Shown: positions 45,139-61,124 of the stretch, one piece after another | How positions within the stretch are numbered: position 1 is the stretch's first letter | How the letters are laid out: the number at the start of each line of letters is the position of its first letter | Notes under the pieces: generated by a model | Seen by the model: only the letters and a program-made list of their open reading frames with translations | What the model was told of the DNA's origin: nothing | Database searches by the model: none | Origin: the human T2T-CHM13v2.0 reference genome, Homo sapiens | NCBI RefSeq assembly: GCF_009914755.1 | Contig: NC_060944.1 | Reading direction: 5' to 3' (one strand) | Length of the DNA stretch: 64,000 nt | Program-made: the position numbers and the translations under genes

Positions 45139-45212
45139 TTGAGGTCTTTTCTGAGCTGGTCATGCCCACCAGGCAGATGGCAAGGCAGGGCACAGAAGCT
45201 GCTGAGCTCCAT
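45139..45212 (-). pseudogene. Colostrum trypsin inhibitor (CTI/ELP) pseudogene, exon 1 (signal peptide) with 2-nt frameshift
   Basis: Minus strand: Kozak ggcaccATGG, MELSSFCAL / (frameshift) CLAICLVGMTSSEKTS, then a phase-1 donor A|gtgagc. 74 nt versus the 76 needed for 25 codons + 1. Resembles carnivore/bovine CTI signal exons (recalled as MKFSLFLALC..LVGITSLEKAS). The position next to PIGT matches the known ELP/CTI synteny. Confidence 0.75.
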
Positions 45213-45257
45213 GGTGCCAAGGGCTGAGCTCCATGAGCCAGGGCTGGGAGGCTGGAA

Positions 45258-45331
45258 CTTATACCTGCAGAAAAAGAAGAGTCCCTGTTTCCACAGGACA
45301 AAGGAAATATCTTGTTTTTGATTTCTTGGAA
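45258..45331 (-). promoter_or_regulatory. CTI-pseudogene promoter: TATAAG box (45263-45258) and STAT5/GAS site TTCTTGGAA (45323-45331)
   Basis: Both motifs are directly visible, with the spacing expected for a milk-protein proximal promoter. Confidence 0.6.
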
Positions 45332-46495
45332 GAGGAAGCACTCTGGGCAAGAGGTATGAGCCGGGATGAAGTGGACTCCTTGTCTGGAGGTGGTGCTACA
45401 CACCTTGGAGGGGCTCCTGGGAGCTACTGAGAATGTCCCCTAAGTCAGTATTCCTGCCTCAGCTGAAATGCCAGTCTTCAGCCTCATCTACTGCACACTT
45501 GAGTCCATGAGATTTTAGAGTGGTAAGTGACCTTTGGGGTCTCAGTTTTCCTATCTGTAAAGGGAGTGGGCTGGACAATGAACAGCTGTTCTCCATTCTT
45601 TTGTTATTGGTTCCCATCCAGAGCCTCCCAGCTAGTTGTCTCAACATCCCAGGGGAGAAAGCATAGCTCTTTGTCCATTGGTTTATTTATTCAATTTAGG
45701 AATAATGAGTGTATTGTTTTATATGAATAACCATACTTATTTAAAAGATCAAACTAAACTAAATAGTACAAACAAGCGAAATCTCTCCCCAGAGTCTACT
45801 ATGGTGCTGTGCAACAGAAATATAATACAAGCCACAAATCGAATTTTCAATTTCCTAGTAGCTTTTTTAAAAAGTAAAAAGAGGGGCCAGGCACAGTGGC
45901 TCAGCCTGTAATCCCAGCACTTTGGGAGGCTGAGGTGGGCAGGATCACCTGAGCTCGGGAAGTTGAGGCTAATAGTGGGCTGAGATTGTGCCACTGCACT
46001 CCAGCCTGGGTGACAGGGAAGGAGACCCTGTCTCAAAAAAAAAAAAAAAGAAAGGAAAAACAGGTAAAATTAATTTGATGATAGTTTATTTGAGTACAGT
46101 ATATATATCATTTCAATATATAATTAATATGAAATAAAAACTAATGCAATATTTTACTTTTCTTTATATTAAGTCTTTGAAATCTGATGTGTACTTTAAA
46201 CATTTATAGCATATAACAACTAATATTAGCCATAACTCATGTGCTCAATAGTTGCATGTGGTCAGTGGCTACCATATTGGACATTGATGCTCTACCATAT
46301 AAAGCAACTATCAGTAACTTCAGGATAACCTCATCAACATTTTGTTAGATTGATTAACAAAAATAATTCTACAAAAATGAAGAGTTTATGGATATTGTTT
46401 TCCCTGAATTTTTGCATATTTTCTTTATACCTGAAGGACAATTTTATGGGGTAATATTTTAAAAAATAATTTGACTTTTTTTTTCCTCTTTCTAG

Positions 46496-47152
<657 letters not shown>

Positions 47153-48911
47153 TAATGTCTTATTTTATTAAAGTTTTTGTTTTTTAAGCTGAAAGCCCTC
47201 CTATAAATTTTTCCTTTTATCAGATTTTCTGCTGAATTCAGTTATCTGTGTCTGTTTCTTTTCTCCAGCGTCCTTTCCTTTTTAATTTTCTTCTTTTTTT
47301 CCTTTCTTCCCTCCCTCCCTGCTTTATTTTCTTTCTTCCTTATAACTGTATGTAGTATGGTGCATAGCTACTCTGTCATTTCCCTTCATCTTCGTCAGGC
47401 TCAGTTTGGGCAACTCTGCCCTGTCCTTTCGCTTATTCTAATTGGTGTCAGTATATTCTCTTTGGTTTCCTTCTCACCATATCTGAGATCTATTGTTATT
47501 TCCATCCCTACCCCCCAAATTGCAGTCTGAAGTTTGCCTCTATACACTTCTGTGGAGCCTAAAGTCATGGGGTTGAGGGAAGAAAGGAATGCTATTGGAG
47601 ATGTCTCTTGACTATGATGGGCAGCCTGGGCTCTGCTCTCTGGAGATTTTCTTAAATTCCTGGAACCACAGTTGGCTTCCTCTAGTGACGTGTTATTCCA
47701 TTTTTGAGAAAGTTTCCCTGGAGCTTTGGATCAGCCAACCAATTAGAAATTTGAGCCTTGGGGAATGGCAAACCTTGGTGGGCTTTTTATCTCTGTGGAG
47801 ACCCCAAGAGCTTGGGTGGGACTTGAATTTTCTGGGGATGCATCTTGACTTTTTGCATGCAGTTCTCTAACACTCCTCCCCAAAACTCATATTAAAATTT
47901 AATCCCTAATGTGGCAGTACTGAGAGGTGGGGTCTTTAAGAGGTGATTGGGTCATGAATGGATTAATCCATTCACAGATAAATGGATTAATGGATTATCA
48001 TAGGAGTGGGACTGGTGACTTTATAAGAGGAAAACACATAGTTTAGCATGCTCAGCCCCCTCACCATGTGATGTCCTGAACTGCCTCAGGACTCTGCAGA
48101 GGGTCCCCACAACAAGAAGGCTTTCACCAGGTGCATCCCCTTGACCTTGGGCTTCCCAGCCTACAGAACTGTAAGAAATAAATTTGGTTTTTAATAAATT
48201 ACCCAGTTTCAGGTATTCTGTTAAGACACAGGACAAGAAGGCTACTCAGTTGCAAGCAAGAGCCATTTCTTATGGAAAAGGAAGTGTGAGTCAGAGTGGA
48301 GCCAAGAACCTCTGGCAACAGGTGCACAATTCAATTTCAGAATTGCCGGGGCTCAGTGATTGCTCTGAACTTCCCCTTTTAAAACGGTAGTGAACATAGT
48401 GGTTTCCTGTGCCAATCTCGCCATTGCAGGTTGGGTGCATGTGAGGCAGAAAACATGTCTCTTTAGTTCACAGGTTTTCAGATGGAGAGAAACTCTACCC
48501 ACGGAACAGAACCCAAGACGCCTCTTTGCAGCTGGACTTGATGTAGATAAGCTCCAGAAATTGGAGCTGAGTTTGATGTCAAAATAGGATGAGGTGTTTG
48601 TTTGTTTGTTTGTTTGTTTGTTTGGTTTTAAGACAAACTCACTCTGTCACCCAGGCTGGAGTGTAGTGGTGTGATCACGGCTCACTGCAGTTTTGACTTT
48701 CCAGGCTCAAGCAATCCTCCCACCTCAGCCTTTTGAGTAGCTGGGACTACTACAGGTTTGTGGCACCGTGATTGGCTAATTTTTTATTTTTTATAGAGAT
48801 AGGGTCTTGCTATGTTGCCCAGGCTGGTCTCGAACTCCTGGATACAAGTGTTCCTCCCACCTCAGTCTCCCAAAGTGCTGGGATTACAGTCATGAACCAC
48901 TGCATCTGGCC

Positions 48912-48950
<39 letters not shown>

Positions 48951-49865
48951 TGGGAAGTAGGGCAGTGGGGGTAGGTGGGGACGGGTCTTGGAGGAAGTTA
49001 TATTTTACATATAGGAAAATTTTAACTAATCTGTCTCAGTTTAAAAACATGTCTGCAATTTTTCTGGCACTTGTCCCATTGAGAATTGGGGTCAATCCCC
49101 TTTTTGAATCTGGGCTGACCTTGCCGACTCCATCATGATCAGTAGAATGCAGTGGAAGAGATACTGTGTGATTTCTGAGGCTAGGTCAAAAAAGGCTGTC
49201 CTTCCATCTTGCACTCTTGGGATGCTGGCTCTGGGTGATGCTGATGTCCATGTGAAAAGTCTGACTACCCAGAGGCCACTGCTGAAAAGAACACATGCAG
49301 TGGACACCGGCCAACAGTTCCAGCTGAGTTTAGCCTTTTAGTTTAGCCTTTCTGCCAAGGCCCTAGACATGTGATTGAAGCCATCCTGGGTCCTCCAGCC
49401 CAGCCCAGCCCAGCTGGGTACCACAGAATGACCTCAGACATGGCCACAAGGAGCAAAAGAATTCCCCAACTAAGCCCCGCCTGAATTCCAGACCTACAGA
49501 ATCCACGTGCATCAGAAAAGAGTTGTTGTTTTGTGCCACTAAGTATGGATCCTGGTAGGCAACTCACTGGAACAACTGGTGAGAATTTTCAGGACTTTTG
49601 TATTATTTCCTCTTTCTCCTGCACCTCTTCTGGAACAGAGCAGTTGGGGATAGGACCATGACGAAACACATCAAGATATTCTATATTTTTCTGTTGCTAC
49701 TGCTTTTTGAAGTTTATGGAATGAGGTTCTACTGTTTCCCATGGTGGTTTACTGCTGCTGATTTTTTTTTTTTACCTGTTTTTTTTTTTCTCCTATCCAA
49801 TTCAATAGAAACCAGAGAATGAACATTCTATTGTGAAACTATCCTGCCATCTGCACTTTACTCAG

Positions 49866-50872
<1,007 letters not shown>

Positions 50873-52599
50873 CCCAGAAGTCTATGTTTTAAATGAAAAC
50901 TTAATTTTAAATAGTACAAAAATATTTGTAAGGTTTTTTATTTTCTTAATCATAAAAAGAACATAAGAGATTAAATAGGTGATATTAAAGAAAGAAAAAG
51001 AACGCCCATGTTCTTACAACACTAATACAATACCTGTGAACATTTTGTTTCTCTTTCCCCTACATAGCATTATTTTTTGTCTGTTGATTGAATTCCCTCC
51101 CCTCCCAAAGTTTTTTTTTTTTTTTTTGTATTAAGCCAAACCACAAATAAGTATCATTTATGTTAGATGCCGTGCTAGGTGCTGCTGATACAACTGAGAA
51201 TATGTCAGATACAGCCCCAGCCCTTTTTGATTTAGAGTCTAGCTGGTGAGGTCATTTACCAAATAATGATGCATAATCATTCCATAAATACAAATGATGG
51301 TGTTATGAAGATAAAAAGAGGGTGCTCAGAAAGAACTAAGGGGGTACAATTTATTTTATTTTAGAAATTCTTTTAGATTCAGAAAGTACGTGTGCAGGTT
51401 TGTTGCACGGGTGTATTGCATGATGCTGAGGTTTGGGCTTCCAACGATCCCGTCGCCCAAGCAGTGAATATAGTACCCAACAGGTAGTTTTTCAACTTTT
51501 GCTCTCCTCCATCCCCCCTTCTGGAATCCTTAGTGTTTATTGCTCACATCTTTGTGTCCTTGTGGGGATGCAATTTAGATTGAGGCTCAGGGACAGCTTC
51601 TGTGAGAAAGTGACCTTTAGGCTGAGCAGAAGGAGGTGGCAGGAATGTGGAGGGAAGACAATCCAGGTGACGGGAACAGCTCCGAGGTGGGGAAGAGCTC
51701 CCAGTGATGGAAGAGGCAGCTTTGTGGCCAGAGCTGGTCAGCATGGGAGAGAGTGACACAAGGGCCTGAAAGAGGACCCGTGTGGCCATGGTAAGCCCAT
51801 TGGTGATGAAGCCAGGGGCACCAGGTGGACCTGGTAAAGGAGGACAGATTTCACATTCACAAGAATCAGAATCTACTGAACGCTTTTAGGCGGGTGGAGA
51901 CACGATCAGCTTCATTCACTTCCTTCCCCCATACAGTATTTACTTTTCACTGAGGTGTGATATAATGTATCCAGAAAAAAGTGCAGAAATGTATAACCCA
52001 GTGAATTTTATAGAACATTACCAGCATCCTAAAAGCACCCCTTCCACTCATTCCCCTAGAGTAACCACTATCTTGACTTCCAACTATTTGCCTGTTTTTG
52101 TACTTTCCATGTAAACGCGGTCATCCAGCAGGTGCTGTTTTCTATCTGGGTTTTTAACTCAACGCTATGTTTATGATGTTCATCCGTTCATTACATGTAG
52201 TTGTAGATCATATTTCCTTCTTTAAAAGATCACACTGGCTGTAGCATGAAGAATGAGCAATTTCAAAATTAAGCAAAATATTAAACAGCTAAGAATGGAA
52301 ATAAAATTCAAGTCAATTTCAAAAAGAAACACAGGGACAGATTTTGCCAGATACCTGGTACAGATTTTGCCAGACATATGGTACATTTTGTTCGTTACTA
52401 TATCTCCAGAATTTTCCTACCTCTTTCTCCAAATAGAGAATATTTAAAAGTTTTCTTAAAAACCCTGATATATAACATTTGCAATGTTCTCTACAGTTTG
52501 CAAAGTGTTTTCCTAATGATTTTCTGCTTTGATCCTGCAAAATCTTATGAATGCCAGTACCATTTCCCTTTTACAGAAGAAGAAACTGGCTCAAGAAGA

Positions 52600-52940
52600 T
52601 GAGACATGATGCTTTGTAGCCGAGGAATTGCCTCAGGTGTCACCATCCCCGTCCCTGCGAATTGGAATTTCAGGCGGGGGCGAGCTGCTGGCTCTGCCGG
52701 CAAACTCGCCTTATCCCACGCCGCCGAAGGGTCCAAGCTTTCCAGCTGCGTAACACGACCAGGCCCCGAGCGCTCTGGCCCGGGGGCAGATACTTTCGGT
52801 TTGCAGCTCTCAGGGCAGCGCTGCCCTGGGACGCCCAGTGGGTTTTCACGGCTCCCCTGGGTCTGGGATCAGGGCAGCTCCGCCTAAGGGCGCGGCCCAA
52901 TCTGAGGGTTCGTCGCCCCCGCGTGGTCAGACGTGGGAAT
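52600..52940. promoter_or_regulatory. Small orphan CpG-rich island (candidate promoter)
   Basis: CpG-dense, with GC-box-like and CCAAT (ggcccaatct ~52895) motifs; no adjacent coding gene in the window. Confidence 0.5.
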
Positions 52941-52949
52941 GGCAGCTTC

Positions 52950-56457
<3,508 letters not shown>

Positions 56458-56564
56458 TGGGGGAGCACCTGTTGGAGACACAGCATCTCATCCCCCAGAC
56501 CTGCTGAATCAGAATCTGCATTTCAAGAAGATCCCCAGGCAGTTCGCAGGCATGTGCACATTTA

Positions 56565-57458
56565 TGTTGACAAAAAGAGTCCAACTCTGTCAAATATTTG
56601 AAGAGATCTATTCTGAGTCAAATATGAGTGACCAATGGCCTGTGACACGGCCCCAAGAGACCCTGAGAACATGTGCCCAAGGTGATCAGGCTATAGCTTG
56701 GCTTTATACAGCTTAGGGAGACATAAGACATCAATCAATACAAGTAAGATGTACATTGGTTTGGTCCAGGAAAATGGGACAACTGGAAGCATGGGGTGGG
56801 GGCGCTTCCAGGTCATAGGTGGATTCAAATATTTTCTGATTGGTAATTGGTTGGGAGTTTATTTAAAGACCTGGAATCCACAGAAGGCATAGAAGGGAGT
56901 GTCTGGATTAAGATAAGGAGTCATAGAGACCAGCGTTCCTATTATGCAGATGAAGCCTCTAGGTAGCAGGCTTCAGAGACAATAGATGGTAAATGTTTCT
57001 TATCAGACTTAAAAAAGTGCCAGACTCTTAGTTAATTCTCACCTGAATCAGGCAAACAACCTGGAAAGGGAAGGGGATTCTCTACAGAATGTAGATTTTC
57101 CCCACAAGGGACAGTTTTGCAGGGCTATTTCAAAAATATGTCAAAAAATATATTTTAGGGTAAAATACTTTGATTTCTTTCAGGGCCTCTCTGACATGTG
57201 GTACTTACACCAGAGTGAGGCTGGAATTTGGTATCCTATTGCTAATCTGTTTTGTTAGTCTTAAGATCTCTGTTTTAATGTTACTGCTGGTCAGTTGTGC
57301 CTGAATTCCAAAGGGAGGGGAGTGCAACGTGGCGTGTCCAATCCCCCCTTCCCATCATGGCCTGAACTAGTTTTCCAGGTTTCTTTGGAATCTCCTTGGC
57401 TGAGACAGGGGCTCCATTCCATCAGTTGGGGGATTTAGAATTTTATTTTGGGTTTACA
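56565..57458 (-). mobile_element. MER4-group solo LTR (antisense)
   Basis: tgttgacaaaaagagtc ... ttagaattttattttgggtttaca, the reverse complement of the MER4 LTR ends. Confidence 0.75.
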
Positions 57459-57651
57459 ACAGTAAGCAAAATGCTTTCCTGAGTTCTGAGAGTCATTCTA
57501 GTGAGTTATCCAACTTGAGGGGCGATTGTGGAACACTAAAATTTGTATAGCCAATCAGTCAGAAGTGTGAGTGACCCCTGGAATTTGCGCTTGTATCTGA
57601 AGTGAGAGCAGGGTCTTGTGGGACTGAGCCCTTAACCTGTGAGGTCTGTGC

Positions 57652-58195
57652 TGTAAACCAGAAATAAAATTCTAAGCCCCCACCCATCTGAATGGACCCC
57701 TCCTCTTGGCCAAAGGCGTTCCAAGGTTAACCTGTAAAACTAGTTTAGGCCATGATGGAAAGGGGGAATTGGACATTAGCACTAACATAGACCTTAAGCT
57801 GATAAGCATTTACAACCTCTTCTCTCTGAAGCCTGCTAAAGTGGAGGCTTCATCTGCATGATGAAACCTTGGTCTCCACAACCCCTTACCTAACCCAGAC
57901 ATTCCTTTCTACTGATTCCAGATCTTTAGATAATAACCAATTGCCAATCAAAAAATCTTTGAATCCACCTGTGATCTGGAAGCCCCTCCCATCTTTCTGA
58001 ACTCAACCATTGTACATCTTACATGTATTGATTGATGTCTTATGTCCCCCTAAAATGTATAAAATCAAGTTATAGGCCGACCACCTTGGGCCCACGTCAT
58101 CAGGGCCTCCCCTGAGACTGTGCCACAGGCATGTCCTTAACCTTGGCAAAATAAACTCCAAAATTGAGACTTGTTTCAGATACTTTTGGTTTACA
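57652..58195 (+). mobile_element. MER4-group solo LTR nested in a MER21-like LTR
   Basis: tgtaaaccagaaataaaattctaagcccc ... ttttggtttaca; MER21-like text continues on both sides (gtctgtgc | taactcaggagtgtcagaa). Confidence 0.72.
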
Positions 58196-58279
58196 GTTCT
58201 AACTCAGGAGTGTCAGAAGTGAATTAATTTGTGAACACCTAGTTGGTGTTGGAGAATTTGTTGGTGTTGGAAAAGATAC

Positions 58280-58913
58280 TGTTACCGGAAAGAGGTCCCA
58301 ATCCAAACCCCAAAAGAGGGTTCTTGGACCTCGTGCAAGAAAGAATTCAGGGTGAGTCCATAGAGTAAAGTGAAAGCAAATTTATTAAGAAAGTAAAGGA
58401 ATAAAAGAGTGGCTGCTCCATAGGCAGAACAGCCCCAAGGGCTGCTGGTTGGCTATTTTTTTCATTATTTCTTGATTATTTGCTAAACAAGGGGTGGATT
58501 ATTCATGAGTTTTACGGGAAAGGGGTCAGCAGTTCCTGGAATTGAGGGTTCTTCCCCTTCTTAGATCATATAGGGTAACTTCTTGACATTATGATGGCAT
58601 TTGTAAAGTGTCATGGTGCTGGTGGGAGTGTCTTTTAGCATGTTAATGCATTATAATTAGCATATCATGAGCAGTGAGGATAACTAGAGGTCACTTCTGT
58701 TGCCATCTTAGTTTTGGTGGGTTTTGGCAGGCTTCTTTACTGCAACCTATTTTATCAGCAAGGTCTTTGTGGCCTATACCTTGTACCGACCTCCTGTCTC
58801 ACTCTGTGACTTAGAATGCCTAACCTCCTGGGAAAGCAGCCCAGCAGGTCTCAGCCTTATTTTACCCAGCTCCTATTCAAGATGGAGTCTCTCTGATTCA
58901 AACGCCTCTGACA
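58280..58913 (-). mobile_element. MER41B solo LTR (ERV1)
   Basis: Reverse complement starts TGTCAGAGGCGTTTGAATCAGAG and ends ...CCGGTAACA; 634 bp; 4-bp TSD ATAC; tandem GAS motifs. Confidence 0.88.
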
Positions 58914-59038
58914 ATACCATGTATTTGGTGTTAGGAAAAAACTCTCCAGACTCACTCATCCCTGTTCTTTGGTGGCTAAGGGGAGAAATGAGTTTGGGTA
59001 GCTCCTCCCCAAGACCCTTACCAGTTATCTGCATTTTA

Positions 59039-59393
<355 letters not shown>

Positions 59394-60416
59394 TTAATGG
59401 TAGCTTGTCCTGGCTCCAGCACTTACTAGCTGTGTGATCTTGAGTAAGTTACTTATTCTTAATTTCCTCATCTGTGCAGTGGGGATGCCTGCCACACAGA
59501 TTCTTTACTCATTTTTTACTAAAATGTCTTATTCTCAAAGACTTTGTCTACCTACCTCCAAGTAAGAAAATCCGATATGAAATCATTATTTTATTTCCCC
59601 CTTCTAAGAATTAATCAGAAGGATCTAGAACAGCTTAACTGCCTGAGGCACCTGTAGGCAGAAAGCAAGAAACTTGTTCTGTATTCTGAGAGTTTGCTGG
59701 AGGTTTGCTCGAGGGCCAAGGTGTGCTTCTCCCAGGCTGTCAAGATATTAGTAATAACTCCAGGCCCTCACTTTCCTATGTCTCAACTATTATCCTCTCG
59801 AGATCTTTGAGTGTCTTCAGGCTGGTGAATCTCATAGCATGAGAGTGCTGCATGTTAGAGCTAGATTCCTAATAAGGAGGTGACCCATGGTCAAATACAC
59901 ATTTTTCTAAGGAACTTAATTATCCACATTCTATTCAATGACTGCAGCACCCCCCACTACCAGTGAGCATCAGGAGATTAATTTATTTGACAAATATTTG
60001 CCAAGTACCTACAAGGCATTGCTCTCCATAAGCCTCACTTCCTGTGGCTTTGCTGAGTTTCTAAGGTATCTCTGGCTTTGTGGTTCTGGGGTTGAACCAC
60101 ATGTGAGGTGAGGGTTGGGCATGGTGGCACCATCCTGGGCAACAAAGGAAGACTCCATCTCTTAAAAGACATCTAGGGTGATGGAGGAGTAGGGGAACTG
60201 AGGTCCTCTGCTCAGTCCTTGGGCTACTTTCTAAATTACACATTCTGATTGCCCTCTGCTCCTGCAGTGCCCACAGCCTTCCTCCCTCCTTCCATCTTCA
60301 TGGGCTGAGGCCATTCCATTCATGGGCTGAGGCCATTCCAGAAGGAAGGTGAAGGAAGTGATGGGGGTTGAAGGGAGAGGCCCTGGGAGCCTGCAATAGC
60401 TGCAACTGGAAGGAAT

Positions 60417-61124
60417 TGTAATCGCCCAATGGGTTCACCTTGCCCACTGCCTAGACAGAGCTGATTTCTCAAGACAGGGGAATTGCAATGGAGAAAGAGT
60501 AATTCATGCAGAGCCAGCTGTGTGGGAGACTGGAGTTTTATGATTGCTCAAATCAGTCTCCCCAAGTATCCCGGGATTGGAATTTTTAAAGATAATTTGG
60601 TGGGTAGGGGCTCGGGAAGTGGAGAGTGCTGATTGGTCAGGTTGGAGATGGAATCACAGGGGAATTGAAGTGAGGTTTTCTTGCTGTCTTCTGTTCCTGG
60701 GTGGGATTGCAGAACTGGTTGAGCCAGATTACTGGTCTGGGTGGTGTCAGCTGATCCATCAAGTGCAGGGTCTGCAAAATATCTCAAGCGCTGATCTTAG
60801 GTTTTACAATAGTGATGTTATCACCAGGAGCAATTTGGGGAGGTTCAAACTCTTGCTGCATGATTCCTAAACTGTAATTTCTAATTTTGTAGCTAATTAA
60901 GGCAGACTGTTACCCAGGTAAGAAGGAGGTATGTTTTGGAAAGGGCTAGTGTCAATTTTGTTTCAGTCAAACCATAAACTAAATTCCTTCCTAAGGTTAG
61001 TTCTGCCTACACCCAGGAATGAACAAGGACAGCTTAAAGGGTAGAGGCAAGATAGAGTTGGTTAGGTCTGATCTCTTTCAGTGTCATAATTTCCTCAGTT
61101 ATAATTTTCACAAAGGCAGTTTCA
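60417..61124 (-). mobile_element. LTR8-family solo LTR (ERV1)
   Basis: Reverse complement starts TGAAACTGCCTTTGTGAAAATTATAACTGAG; 4-bp TSD GAAT (60413-60416 / 61125-61128). Confidence 0.8.
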
